DNA of 64,000 bases. Source: Lachnospiraceae bacterium. Lineage in GTDB: Bacteria; Pseudomonadota; Alphaproteobacteria; RF32; CAG-239. Position 1 is the stretch's first letter. Every line of letters starts with the position of its first letter. The stretch is from contig CAVBCV010000002.1 in assembly GCA_963594125.1 (NCBI GenBank), forward strand, positions 42,211 to 106,210, read 5' to 3'. Shown here piece after piece: positions 35,505-45,972 of this stretch. The position numbers were made by a program, and so were the translations under genes. The notes below the pieces were generated by a model that had not been told where the DNA came from, ran no database searches, and saw only the letters and a program-made list of their open reading frames with translations.

Positions 35505-38500
35505 TTACTCTTCACTTCCGCAATAGGGTTCTTCAAAGTTGTTCAAATTGTTCTGAAACTCTTTTTCAGCCTCGTCTTCATATTTTGAACGCGCCTGTTC
35601 ATCAGCCCGAGCGGTTTTGATTTTTTCAGATAGTTCGGAGTTCGGCTCGCTGTTATCGTCTAAGTCAACCAACTCTTCATTATCCATTTGCAAAGAGCCC
35701 ATTATGTTCTTTACCTTTTTAATTTTTTCTTCCAAGGCGTCATTTAACGGCTTAACCTCGGCAATTTGCTTTGCGCCCTCAGCGGTTAAAGCGTTTTTGC
35801 GACTGTCAAGCGCCGCGGAAATGGTGTTGAAAGTGCCCTCATCCGATAAGTCAAAATCAGCCGGAGGAGTATAGCCTATGTCAGCAAATTTCTTTACCAA
35901 GAACTCGCGAGTTTCATTCATTTTAACTTCAAGCTCATCTACCGAATCCTGATAATGAGTTTCCATTTCAACAAAGTTCAGATAATCGCCGAAAACGTTG
36001 CGGGTAAACAAAGCCTTGCGGTAAGTATTCATTTTATGAATATCCTCATCGCTGGTGTCGTCACTGTCATCAGCTTCAGCCTCGTCAAGATATTGCATGA
36101 TTTTTACAATAGTTTTGCTAAAGTCTAAGCCTCCGTTGGTTACCTTAGGCGGGAAGGTTATGACCGCATCGCCGGTATAGGACAAGATTTGCGCCAATTC
36201 GCTCCTACCTTCCGACTTATCGGTTGATTCATTTTCAACCGCGCCGGTCTTAAAATCAGCGCCATCATTAAAGGTGATATAACCTCTGCCCATAATTACC
36301 TTGACTGATTTAACATCAGTACATTTTTTGGTGGTAACCTTTTTGTGGTAGACTTTATATTCGCCGTTTTTAATATCAACCACATAATTGCCGTATGCAC
36401 ACGGGTATTTATCGCCGCGGAGCACTTCATCACCGGCATCGGTGTTGTTCATGCCGCCTAAAACCTCAGTAACATCAACATCGCGCTCAACAAAGCCGTT
36501 CGGCTCTAAAACAAGTTTCCAAATCGGCGGAATTTCTTGTCCGTAGGCTAAAAAGTCAGCGCGGGTGGTTTTCCATAAATCTGATTTAACAACATTGCCG
36601 AAATCAACTCCGTCAAAGTGAACAACCTCTCGCATCGGCGGAGTGTAGCTGATGGTTATGCCTTTCGGCGCCTGAAAATCAGCGAGTTTCGGGTCAAGTC
36701 CGACAAAGTAATTATCATCAGCCTGATAGCATTTTTCACCGCCGCACATTTGTTCAACAATAGCGGTTGCCGCCAATTTGGCTAAAGCTTTAACATCGCC
36801 GAACAGAAGCAAATCAGAACCGGCAAAGGTTGCGTTTACTTCTTGCATGCTTTGCATCATTTCGCGGTGAATTTGCAAAATTTGCTGATGTCCCGCCAAT
36901 GTGTAACGAGCATCACCTAAGCCTTGAATTTTGCCATAAGCCTCATCAACGCTGGCAAGAGCCGCGGTTTTAAAGGCGTCAATCGCATTATCGGTAACGC
37001 CAAGCACCGCCGACAAATAAGTTTGTTTAAGCTCAGCCTCTTCCGTTGCAAAGCCGGAAGCTTCCGAAACAAAGCTGCTGCCGGAAAGCGAGTGCTGCAC
37101 AATGCTATCTTGCTGCTGTTGCATTGCTTGCTTTAAGGCTTGCATATTTTGATATTCAAGAGCCGAAGCATTGGCGGCATAATCGCTCTTTAAACGGGCG
37201 ATTTTTTCATCCAGACTTTCAAGCTGAGAGCGCAACTTGTCTATTTGCTCGCGCTTAGCCTCAATGCCGTTCAAGGCTGTTTCTTCTTTAGCCTTGGCTT
37301 CCTCAGCCTTCTTTTGCATATAAGCAACGCCTTGTTCGCCGCGTTTTTCAAAGCTCTTGTCATAAGCAGATGATTCTTTGCTCTTTTCCTGTGAAATTTT
37401 AATAGTCTGCTTTTGATAATCAGCGTTTGCCTCCGCTTCCTGACGCTCTTTGACCGCGTCATTATATTTTTCCTTCATGCCGTTAAGCTCAAGGTTAGCG
37501 GCGTCAAGACTTGCGTAAACGGAGTTTTTCTGATTTTCAAGCACGGCTAAACTTGCCAGAAAATCATCACGCAATTTTTTAACCGCAGCATCGGCTTTTT
37601 GCTTAGCCGCCGCCAAGTTTGAAACCGGCGCATCTGCGGCAACAGCGGCTTCGGCAAACGGAAGCATATTAGTTAAAGCCTCAGCGTTAAATTCTTTAAC
37701 CGTATCAATGGTGAACTCTTCAGGCAATTCAGGCTCGCCGTTAAAATCAGTGATGGCGCCATTGATAGACATTGCCAAATTAACGGCGACAACTCTTAAA
37801 TCAGCGTTATTGATATATTTTTTGATATTTTCATACTTTAATTTAAGATACTGGTCATAAACATGTTTTTCATCGGTCCAAATCGGGTACGCGCCTTTCA
37901 TGCCGCCCCATTTAGGGCTGGCAGACGCCATATCCGCGCCGATTGCTTTCGCCATTTCAGCGCCAAGCTGCCAGGTCATCAGCTCCTCGCGGCGGTTTTC
38001 GGCTTCCGCTTTAGGCTCGTCGCTCGGGCGCAATAATGAACTGTCGCCCAAGCCGCTTGCATTTTCCTGCTTTAAGCGTTCGGTATTTTTTTCCATATTT
38101 TCAATATTGCCGTCACCGTCCGCTATTAAGCTGGTGGAGTAATCATCTGAGGTCAGCTCCAAGGTTTTTACCGCTTTGGCGGCTTTATAGGCTGAAATCA
38201 GCCAGCCGCTCATACCGGCGCGGTTTGAATATTTGTTAATGCCGTAGCTGCTGCAAATTTTGTTGCCGCAGAGAATATCGCCTTCCTGCAAATGTTTTAA
38301 GTTTTCAGGCGTTACCGGTTTGCCGCTGTCGCAGTAAAGGTTAGTGCCGGTATAGCTGCACCCCTCGCCTGCCCAAACATCAACCGGTGTTGCATAATAT
38401 TTATTTACAAATTTAACGGCGCACTGCTCTGATTTTAACAGTTGCTCAATGGCTTTTTCATGAAGTTTTTTCATTTTAGCATATTCTTCAAAGCCGCGCT

Positions 38501-39563
38501 TATATTCAGGCAACTGACGTTTGAGGTTATGCGCGGTTAAAGCAAGCTGCAAAGTTTGATAAGCGTTGTTGGCTTCCGCCGAGCTTTGAAACTGCTTAGC
38601 GGTGCCGGTAAACTGAGTTTTAACCTCATACGGCTTAGCATCGGTAACCGTAGGAACATTAGCGGCGCCCGTGGTGACCGGAGTAACCGTATAATCGCCG
38701 TAAGAAGTTTGCGCAAATGCCATTTGCGTGGTTTGAGTGTAGGTAAACACGTCATTATAACTTGTTTTTTCCTCTTCACCGGCATGATTTATTTCATCAT
38801 CGGTCGGCATACGCGGATTAATACCCGCCAAAATAGCCTGCGCGACTTCATATTGAGCTTTAACCGCCATTAATTCTTCCGTGATTTTAAGCATAGAATC
38901 GTAAATGGCATTCAGCTTATAATAGTTGGTCCATACGCCCAATTCCTCATCATTCGGAGAGGCGCTGTCGCAAGCGGTGCTGTCGCCATTTTCTTTGCCT
39001 TGAACATAACAGCCGCTTAAAGCGTCAAATTCTTCTTTAAGCTTAATCATGCGGGCTTCCAAGTCGCGAACGGCGATGTACATTTCAATCATAGAATCGT
39101 TGCCGAACTCCATACCCTTTTGGCGATAAGCTTTTTTAACCGCCTCTTGATATTTCGGGAATCTTTTCAGCATAGCGGGCGGATAAGTATAAAACAGCTC
39201 GTCCATTGCCGCTACGATAGACTCTTCATCGGTTATATCGGCAACTTCTGAGGTTTCAATAGTGCGAACCGAGGCAATAGCCGGATAACCTTTTTCTTTG
39301 TGCAAAACAGAAGTATCTATTTTGAACGGAATAATTCTGCCCGCTGATTTTAGAGCGTCAAGCACTTCCGCCTGTTTTTGATTGTAGGAGTCATAAACAG
39401 TTGAAAGCTTGGTGAACACGCCCTGCACTGCCGAGCCGACATCACCCGCCACATCAAGGGTCGGGGTAATCGGGGTCGGAGGAATCATCCACGCATCAGC
39501 CTTTAACGGCAGTAATGCGATAGTAAAGGTAAATAAACCTATATGTAAATATGATTTTTTCAT
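35505..39563 (-). CDS. giant secreted coiled-coil protein (1352 aa), unknown function
   Basis: MKKSYLHIGLFTFTIALLPLKADA signal peptide and no further TM. Long heptad-like, charged helical regions. A Cys-containing middle segment and an acidic tail. Lies in the T4SS operon between the secreted helical proteins and virB8b. Confidence 0.6.
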   Translation of the reverse strand: MKKSYLHIGLFTFTIALLPLKADAWMIPPTPITPTLDVAGDVGSAVQGVFTKLSTVYDSYNQKQAEVLDALKSAGRIIPFKIDTSVLHKEKGYPAIASVRTIETSEVADITDEESIVAAMDELFYTYPPAMLKRFPKYQEAVKKAYRQKGMEFGNDSMIEMYIAVRDLEARMIKLKEEFDALSGCYVQGKENGDSTACDSASPNDEELGVWTNYYKLNAIYDSMLKITEELMAVKAQYEVAQAILAGINPRMPTDDEINHAGEEEKTSYNDVFTYTQTTQMAFAQTSYGDYTVTPVTTGAANVPTVTDAKPYEVKTQFTGTAKQFQSSAEANNAYQTLQLALTAHNLKRQLPEYKRGFEEYAKMKKLHEKAIEQLLKSEQCAVKFVNKYYATPVDVWAGEGCSYTGTNLYCDSGKPVTPENLKHLQEGDILCGNKICSSYGINKYSNRAGMSGWLISAYKAAKAVKTLELTSDDYSTSLIADGDGNIENMEKNTERLKQENASGLGDSSLLRPSDEPKAEAENRREELMTWQLGAEMAKAIGADMASASPKWGGMKGAYPIWTDEKHVYDQYLKLKYENIKKYINNADLRVVAVNLAMSINGAITDFNGEPELPEEFTIDTVKEFNAEALTNMLPFAEAAVAADAPVSNLAAAKQKADAAVKKLRDDFLASLAVLENQKNSVYASLDAANLELNGMKEKYNDAVKERQEAEANADYQKQTIKISQEKSKESSAYDKSFEKRGEQGVAYMQKKAEEAKAKEETALNGIEAKREQIDKLRSQLESLDEKIARLKSDYAANASALEYQNMQALKQAMQQQQDSIVQHSLSGSSFVSEASGFATEEAELKQTYLSAVLGVTDNAIDAFKTAALASVDEAYGKIQGLGDARYTLAGHQQILQIHREMMQSMQEVNATFAGSDLLLFGDVKALAKLAATAIVEQMCGGEKCYQADDNYFVGLDPKLADFQAPKGITISYTPPMREVVHFDGVDFGNVVKSDLWKTTRADFLAYGQEIPPIWKLVLEPNGFVERDVDVTEVLGGMNNTDAGDEVLRGDKYPCAYGNYVVDIKNGEYKVYHKKVTTKKCTDVKSVKVIMGRGYITFNDGADFKTGAVENESTDKSEGRSELAQILSYTGDAVITFPPKVTNGGLDFSKTIVKIMQYLDEAEADDSDDTSDEDIHKMNTYRKALFTRNVFGDYLNFVEMETHYQDSVDELEVKMNETREFLVKKFADIGYTPPADFDLSDEGTFNTISAALDSRKNALTAEGAKQIAEVKPLNDALEEKIKKVKNIMGSLQMDNEELVDLDDNSEPNSELSEKIKTARADEQARSKYEDEAEKEFQNNLNNFEEPYCGSEE

Positions 39564-39576
39564 TGCTTATTACTCC

Positions 39577-40824
39577 TTACTTATCGGTTACGCCTGCCAA
39601 AATGCCGGTTTTGTCTTCATCAGTCGGCACATCTTTTACCGTAAACACGTAATTATCCAAATTGAGCTTAGCCGGATCTTTATCATAATTCAGCAAGCGA
39701 TACTTTTGGTTACGAATGTTTAATGATGTTTTTAAGCGCATATCGGCAATGATTAAATTGGTGTAGTTATACAAAATTTTAATATCTTCAATTCGCTGTT
39801 CAATCAGCAAATTACCGGCCGTTAACTTAGCGTCAACTGCGGCGATGTTATCTTTTTTACGCTCTAAGCGCTCCAGATCATCATCAAAATGCAATTTAAG
39901 TTCAGCCGCTGAGATAAACGCGTTTTTAACGTCCGCGGTTAAAACTTCTTCACGATGAGTGCGAATGCGCTTAACGTTAGGTTCGTTTTCAGGCTCATCA
40001 GGCAGCAAGAAGTTTTCCTTTATCATGGCGTTATATTCCGTGGTTTTTTCTTCCGGGCTCTTTTTAAGCATCGGGGCAAGCGCAGTTTGCAAAAACTGTT
40101 TACCGGTATCTATGCCAAATTCAGCAAGCTGTTTTTCAAGCAACTTTTTCTCTTCAAGCAGTTTTTGATAAGTTTCGTCATCTTTTAAGAAGCCGTCTTC
40201 ATCTTTGTCAAACTGCTCGGCTTGAGTGGTGTAATTTTGAGCCTCAAGCTCAGCCGCCGCAAGTTGCGTGGCAATCATATTGCGAACCTCATCATCGGTT
40301 GCTTCCGCAAGCATCTCTTGCAAAATTTTTACATTAGTGACCGCATTTTGCTGGTTAGCCAACAGCTGAGTTTCGGCATTCTTTTTATAATCGTCCATTT
40401 CTTTTTCTTTGTCGGTCAGCTGTTTGGTAATTTGCGAAACCTGTCCGGCGTCAGAACCGGTTAAACCCGCCACTTGTTCCTCATAAGTTTTAACCGTTTT
40501 ATCTTTTAAGCCTTCAACCGTGCCGGTAACTTCATCAATTTTTTTCTGAGTGTTTTCATAAGTATCCTGAACGGATGAAGCCGCCGCCGCAACATCTTCT
40601 TTAAGAGCTTTAACGCTTTCAACCGCGGTGTTGGCGCCGGTGTAAAATTCTTGCACTTTACCGGCGACGGTGTTTACAACCGTGCTCGCTTTTTCAGCGG
40701 TTTCCTCAACCACGGAAACAACTTTACCCGCGGTTGCCGCCACGTCAATTTTTAATCCGGCGCGAGCCTCTGCTCCAACACATGTCAGTGCCAAAAGCAA
40801 AATAACAAATCTATTTTTCTGCAT
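39577..40824 (-). CDS. secreted coiled-coil protein (415 aa)
   Basis: Start at MQKNRFVILLLALTCVGAEARA (ATG 40824, RBS AGGAGGG) rather than the longer ORF-track start. Entirely helical and charged. Confidence 0.55.
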   Translation of the reverse strand: MQKNRFVILLLALTCVGAEARAGLKIDVAATAGKVVSVVEETAEKASTVVNTVAGKVQEFYTGANTAVESVKALKEDVAAAASSVQDTYENTQKKIDEVTGTVEGLKDKTVKTYEEQVAGLTGSDAGQVSQITKQLTDKEKEMDDYKKNAETQLLANQQNAVTNVKILQEMLAEATDDEVRNMIATQLAAAELEAQNYTTQAEQFDKDEDGFLKDDETYQKLLEEKKLLEKQLAEFGIDTGKQFLQTALAPMLKKSPEEKTTEYNAMIKENFLLPDEPENEPNVKRIRTHREEVLTADVKNAFISAAELKLHFDDDLERLERKKDNIAAVDAKLTAGNLLIEQRIEDIKILYNYTNLIIADMRLKTSLNIRNQKYRLLNYDKDPAKLNLDNYVFTVKDVPTDEDKTGILAGVTDK

Positions 40825-41503
40825 TGTCACCCTCCTGTGTTTTTTCTTTTTCATTTTCATAGTTTTGAATAGCCATAGTGCTCTTGTAGGCATTTATAGC
40901 GTCTTGCATACCCATAATTCTCTCCCATCTGGCGAGCGAGCGCAACTGCATAGCATTGCTGGCGTTAAACGCCTCTTCAATGGTGTTGAGCGAATAATCG
41001 GGGTCTTCTTCTTCTAACAACTCTTGCCGCAAAATCAGCGCTCTGGCGTATAACTGCGCTGCCGCAACCTGATTTTCACGGTTAATTGATTCACGCAATT
41101 TGCGCGCGACCGTGTTGTTGTGGTCTTCGCCCCAAGTGCGGTTATAGGTTGATTTTACGGTTTCAATATTTTCATCCTCGTTGGGTTTTTCATCCAAACT
41201 GTTTTCCATACCGGAGAGCACCGCGGTTTTAACAATATCTTTGGGATCAAGCTCATCAAGCTTAAAATCTTTAATATTTTGAATATCCTTTTTGGCATCG
41301 CGGAAACCCTGCTTAACCTCAGAGGAAAGATTTTTAGCCTCGGTTAAAACATCTTGAACCTGTTTTTTAACCGCTTCATATTTGATGACAAAGGCGTTAA
41401 TAGCGGCCTCTATCGCCTCAATATCAGCCTTTGCCGGCACTGCGTAAAGCACACCGGCTAAAAGCATGACTGCAAATTTTAACCGCCTATTCATTGCCTT
41501 CAT
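40811..41503 (-). CDS. secreted alpha-helical protein, VirB5/TrbJ-like by size and position
   Basis: About 230 aa. MKAMNRRLKFAVMLLAGVLYAVPAKA signal peptide. All-helical sequence. Downstream of virB4 where virB5 normally sits. Confidence 0.45.
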   Translation of the reverse strand: MKAMNRRLKFAVMLLAGVLYAVPAKADIEAIEAAINAFVIKYEAVKKQVQDVLTEAKNLSSEVKQGFRDAKKDIQNIKDFKLDELDPKDIVKTAVLSGMENSLDEKPNEDENIETVKSTYNRTWGEDHNNTVARKLRESINRENQVAAAQLYARALILRQELLEEEDPDYSLNTIEEAFNASNAMQLRSLARWERIMGMQDAINAYKSTMAIQNYENEKEKTQEGDNAEK

Positions 41504-43052
41504 CCTTATTTTCGTTTTTGTAATAATCAGGATCAAGCATTTCAATCGTGCTTACGCTTTCAGTAACCAACTGTCCGGTTAAAGATTCCATTAAGCGGAT
41601 AATTATTTCTTGGTTAATCAAGCCGACATTACCTGAAAATGAAATTTCTTCACGCTCGTTGGTTAAAGCCTCAGATTTTTTCTCAAGATCTTCATTAACC
41701 TTTAAGAAGTTAGCGGAATAGTTTTTATGCGTTAAGGCAACCGCCAAATCATTTGCGATGTGGTCATGCTTGGCGATTTTGTAAATACGGAGCCATTCCG
41801 CGGCAACTTCCGCATTGGGGTCATGCAAATCAACCACCCATTTTTTAACGCATTCCGCAACTTTTTCCTCGGAAAGTTCATCAACGTTCATATCGCATTT
41901 TTTAGCGATTTCGTCTGAGTAAATAAACTTACCGTCATCATTGGTTCCGGTTTTGAATTTAGGATTTTTCTTAACAAACTGAGCGAACGCCGCAGGTTTG
42001 GTCATCATGGCATACGAGCTGATAATGTCCTCGGTTTTATCGGCGGCGGAAGTGTTATACTTAAAGCGACGCGCGCCGCCTGAGGCGCTGTCCTCATCAA
42101 AATCAGGTTTAAGGAGCGGTCTGTCATTAAAATCGGGCATAACTCCACCGAATCCGGAATCATCGCTGCTATCAAAGTCAGGAGTTACCGGAAGTTCAGA
42201 ATCGCTCGGTTCATCGGGCAAGCTCGGAACATGCGGATTGTCAGGCTCGCTCGGGGCTGACGGAGTGGTAGGTAATTGCGGCTTATCACTGCCCGGGGTC
42301 GGCTCAGGAACATCATCAAAACCGCCGTCATAGCCGAAGTCATCATCAAAGTTTTCATCAAACTCTTCATCGCCGGTATCCCAATCTTCACTGTCGGAGC
42401 CGTTACCGGTATCAGGGCGATATGATAATGAAACATCGTCAAATTTGCCTTTAGCGGTATTATATTTTTGCAGAGCCTCAAGATATTCGTCTTCAAGCGC
42501 GGCTCTTTCCGCTTCAGAGGCGTTTTCATAACGCTGTTTTATGCTCTCATACTCTGATTTAGCCCGCTCATAGTCAGCCTTGGCGGAGTCATAAGCTTTT
42601 TGACCATCGCTGTTATACTTATCGCCGTTACCTATAATGTCTTTGGTGGTAGCGGAAAGGTTATATTTGCCAAGTTGCAAATACGGGTCTTTGATATTGT
42701 TAATAATGCTGCCGATTTCAGCCTCCCACTGAGCGCGCAATTTTGCCAAGCGCTCGGCGCGGCGTTTTTTCTTTTCAAGACGCTGACTGAGTTTTTCAGC
42801 CTTTTCTTTTTCATCAACGAATTTAGACAGAGCGCCGACATTATCGCCGATTGCCTGCTGAATTTTGCCGACAGATAAGGTTGATTTAATGGTTGAGGCG
42901 GTTGATTTTGCCTTAGTGACATAGCCGGAGATGGTGTTAAGCACCTCGGCAATATCAAAAGTCGGCCATAAAAAAGCCTGACATGGGGTGGTGTGTAAAG
43001 CAACGCATATAAACGCCATTGCGGTTACGAGTGTAAGTGTTTTCTTTTTCAT
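41487..43052 (-). CDS. secreted coiled-coil/acidic protein (521 aa)
   Basis: MKKKTLTLVTAMAFICVALHTTPCQA signal. Coiled-coil block (KEKAEKLSQRLEKKKRRAERLAKLRAQWEAE). Acidic Pro/Asp-rich region and a C-terminal globular domain. No TM. Confidence 0.55.
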   Translation of the reverse strand: MKKKTLTLVTAMAFICVALHTTPCQAFLWPTFDIAEVLNTISGYVTKAKSTASTIKSTLSVGKIQQAIGDNVGALSKFVDEKEKAEKLSQRLEKKKRRAERLAKLRAQWEAEIGSIINNIKDPYLQLGKYNLSATTKDIIGNGDKYNSDGQKAYDSAKADYERAKSEYESIKQRYENASEAERAALEDEYLEALQKYNTAKGKFDDVSLSYRPDTGNGSDSEDWDTGDEEFDENFDDDFGYDGGFDDVPEPTPGSDKPQLPTTPSAPSEPDNPHVPSLPDEPSDSELPVTPDFDSSDDSGFGGVMPDFNDRPLLKPDFDEDSASGGARRFKYNTSAADKTEDIISSYAMMTKPAAFAQFVKKNPKFKTGTNDDGKFIYSDEIAKKCDMNVDELSEEKVAECVKKWVVDLHDPNAEVAAEWLRIYKIAKHDHIANDLAVALTHKNYSANFLKVNEDLEKKSEALTNEREEISFSGNVGLINQEIIIRLMESLTGQLVTESVSTIEMLDPDYYKNENKDEGNE

Positions 43053-43132
43053 GCCGGCCTCCTTTAATAGTCCGCTCTTAATATTAATATTTTACCATAA
43101 AAACTATATGTCACAAAGCATTTTCTGCAAAA

Positions 43133-45565
43133 TTACGCCATATTTAAATATTTTGTAACAAAGTTCTCTTCTCCGTATTCTTTAATCAACTGTTCAACCA
43201 ATAATACGTTTTTATTACCGGAGTTGTACAGTTTAAGATAAGGTCCTAACGCCCCTAAGTTGACGTCTAGCACCACTGACTCATCGGTGTCCGGTCGTTT
43301 AAGCAAAATAGCGTACGGAAAATCGCGATAAGTTTTACCAAATATAAAGTCAAGCTCGCTTTGCGTAAGGTTCCAGTTGGCATAATCCTCCGGCAAAGCC
43401 TGCGCATTACGGAAAAAGATCATTGTTTTACATTGTCCGCGGATAACCTCGCCGACGCCTAATTTATCAACAATATTCGGTTGTTGGAACGCGCACAAAT
43501 ACGCCTGACGTTTTTTACGACCTTCTTGCAAACCGATGATAAAGTAATCACGGAACATCGGGTGTTTTAACATCGGCGCGGTTTCATCAATCATAATCAA
43601 TGTAGGCGCACCGGTAGCGCTGGCTTCAGTTTGAATACGGTGCATGATGTAACTGATTACCGCCGGAGCCAAGGTTTCATCTTCAAAGATGTGGGTAAAG
43701 TCAAACGCCATAAAACGCTTAGACTTTAAGTCAAGGCTATCGGTATCGGAGTTAAAAATATTGCCGTATTGGTCAGGATTTACCCAGCGATAAAGTTCGC
43801 GGCGCATGGTTCCGGTCGGTGAAAAACAGCTTTTGTAAAGGTTTTTCATAATACGTTCTTCCGGACGCAAATAGTCAAACGCGGTAGTAACGGCGCGGGC
43901 AATTTCACGTTCAGATAAGGCATCGTCCGCCATGGTGATAGACTTCATCCAACGGCGCAAAAAGGCGCGGTTGTTGGGGGTATTGTCTGTGTCAAACGGG
44001 TTTAGAGTAACGTTCTTTTCATCACCGTCAAAGCCGACATAAGCGCCGCCGATAGAACGGGTGAAAATTTTGGCACCGTTAAGGCGGTCAAAGAAGAACA
44101 CTTTTAAGTCACCATGGCGCATCGCCTGCCCTGCCAAAAAGGTAAGCAAAGTGGTTTTACCTTGACCGGTAGGACCGATAATACAGCAGTGAGCAACGGC
44201 GTATTCATCAGATGTAATATGAAATTGGAAGCGGTACGCCGAACCTGACATGGTGCGGAACACCGTGATGGCTCCCGGACCCCAGTCACTTTTGCCGAAA
44301 CCTTCTGACGGTTTGTCAAACGAGATAGCAAGCGCAACCACGCGCGATAAGTAACGATAAGTTCTGGGATAAGTGTCATAAGTCGGGAACTGGCTGAAGA
44401 AAGTTGCCTGCGTAACCCAACCCTCGCGCACCGGCGTTACGCCATAGGTGCGGCAAATACGTTGAACTTCGCTCTCGCCAAAGTCAAGCTCTTCTTTGCT
44501 GGAGCCCTTGATTAAAATACTCATTGAATATTCGGTTAAAGCCTGATAATCGGCGTCGCTATCTTCAATGGTGGAAAGAGCTTGTCCGTATTGGTTAACC
44601 ACTTCAGATGAAAAGCTGGTTAAAGTTGCCATACGCTGTTGCTGAATAAGCATCATGCGGGCTTGCGGCTTAAAGATTGGGCGCACGTTATGCAAAAGAA
44701 CCAACTCGCAGTCTATGGAAAGGAGCGAAACTATCATGCTCTCGTCCATATAGTCGCCGGTGGTGCGAATACCCATTACAATTTCATATAATTCCTTATC
44801 GCCGCTGAAAAAGCGGATAATGCCGTCTTCACGCGTAAAGTGGATATGGTCGGCGGTGAGCATTTCATTAAGCTCGGCGCCTTTGGCGTTGCGAACCTTG
44901 GGCAGCGGCCTTGAAACCGGACTGCACAAGCGGCTGAAAACATAAAACGGGCTGTCGGTTGCCGGACCGTCGGGGCTTTCAAGCATCGGGGTAACCCCAT
45001 ATTCGCCAAGGGTGGCAATCAGCGATTGGCTGGCGTAGTTTAAGTCTTTGAGCGCGTCCTTGCGGTCAATAACCGATAATATAATATAGTGTTTATTGCT
45101 ATAAACACGGCTCATATTATCCATCCAAATTTCAGAAACTTTTTCCAAAATTTCGTTGTTGAAGTTGCCCTGCTCGTTATCAAGCGCGGTGCGTTCGCGG
45201 TCAGTGATAACGCGGCAAACAATTTGCAGCTCTGAAAGGTTGTCAATCCATGATTTGCGGGCTTCCATCATGGAATACATTTTTTCCGGAGTGGCGGAGC
45301 CTAAGTCAAGCCCGGTAACACGAAACACACGAGCGTACGAGCCGTTGGTGCAACGAATGGTCATGCCGTCTGACATAATTTCAGCAAACGGCAAAAAGTC
45401 TGACACGCGCGACTCACGCGGCTGAGGCAAAACCCACGAGCCGAACTTGGACGAGAGCAAAACCGCAAACGCCGCCGCTGAGATAAAACCGACAACAGCC
45501 ACCACAACTTCAGCGTTGGTGAGGCCGGAGACAAACATATTAAAAAAATCAAAATCAGGGCTCAA
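43133..45565 (-). CDS. virB4: type IV secretion ATPase VirB4
   Basis: 810 aa. Walker A CIIGPTGQGKTTLL, Walker B LIMIDETAPML. N-terminal membrane-associated segment. Immediately follows a VirB3-like gene with a 4-codon-scale overlap. Confidence 0.9.
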   Translation of the reverse strand: MSPDFDFFNMFVSGLTNAEVVVAVVGFISAAAFAVLLSSKFGSWVLPQPRESRVSDFLPFAEIMSDGMTIRCTNGSYARVFRVTGLDLGSATPEKMYSMMEARKSWIDNLSELQIVCRVITDRERTALDNEQGNFNNEILEKVSEIWMDNMSRVYSNKHYIILSVIDRKDALKDLNYASQSLIATLGEYGVTPMLESPDGPATDSPFYVFSRLCSPVSRPLPKVRNAKGAELNEMLTADHIHFTREDGIIRFFSGDKELYEIVMGIRTTGDYMDESMIVSLLSIDCELVLLHNVRPIFKPQARMMLIQQQRMATLTSFSSEVVNQYGQALSTIEDSDADYQALTEYSMSILIKGSSKEELDFGESEVQRICRTYGVTPVREGWVTQATFFSQFPTYDTYPRTYRYLSRVVALAISFDKPSEGFGKSDWGPGAITVFRTMSGSAYRFQFHITSDEYAVAHCCIIGPTGQGKTTLLTFLAGQAMRHGDLKVFFFDRLNGAKIFTRSIGGAYVGFDGDEKNVTLNPFDTDNTPNNRAFLRRWMKSITMADDALSEREIARAVTTAFDYLRPEERIMKNLYKSCFSPTGTMRRELYRWVNPDQYGNIFNSDTDSLDLKSKRFMAFDFTHIFEDETLAPAVISYIMHRIQTEASATGAPTLIMIDETAPMLKHPMFRDYFIIGLQEGRKKRQAYLCAFQQPNIVDKLGVGEVIRGQCKTMIFFRNAQALPEDYANWNLTQSELDFIFGKTYRDFPYAILLKRPDTDESVVLDVNLGALGPYLKLYNSGNKNVLLVEQLIKEYGEENFVTKYLNMA

Positions 45566-45845
45566 ATTTATTCCCCTTTTCCGGATACAAATTTTTTGAA
45601 ACTACGTTGGTTTGCCCGAAAGCCTGAATCATTGCCGAAAGATGAGGTTCCTTAACTCCGGCAAATACAATGGCGGCATGCACCAACACAAACGTGACCA
45701 CAAAAAGCAACGGGTTAATATCTGCTACACCGATTGCCATAAACATTACCGGAAACTGAATGCCGGCATTAAGCACCACAGGCAAAACCGGCCCCCAAAA
45801 TATTTTGGGCGGCTGAGCCACTGCTTTTAATATCATATCCTGCAT
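45555..45845 (-). CDS. virB3: VirB3-like membrane protein
   Basis: 96 aa with two hydrophobic helices. PVLPVVLNAGIQ...LVHAAIVFAGVKEPHLSAMIQAF resembles the VirB3/TrbD core. Overlaps the virB4 start. Confidence 0.6.
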   Translation of the reverse strand: MQDMILKAVAQPPKIFWGPVLPVVLNAGIQFPVMFMAIGVADINPLLFVVTFVLVHAAIVFAGVKEPHLSAMIQAFGQTNVVSKNLYPEKGNKFEP

Positions 45846-45972
45846 TTTATGCTTCCTCTAATAATTTATGTTTATATTTTTAAGCGGTATTTAAGCCGCG
45901 TCAACTGCTTTTAGCAAATAATCCACTTTTTAGCAAAACAGCAGGCGGAGTTTGCAGGCTCCGCCCGTTTAA

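Noticed and set aside
40825-40893. N-terminal extension MPTRALWLFKTMKMKKKKHRRVT on the 415-aa secreted protein
   Set aside because: The internal ATG at 40824 is preceded by an AGGAGGG RBS and starts a textbook signal peptide. The extension overlaps the upstream gene.
35505-43052. VirB6 among the genes between virB4 and virB8
   Set aside because: None of the four proteins has more than one hydrophobic segment (the signal peptide). VirB6 requires a polytopic (5 or more TM) core.
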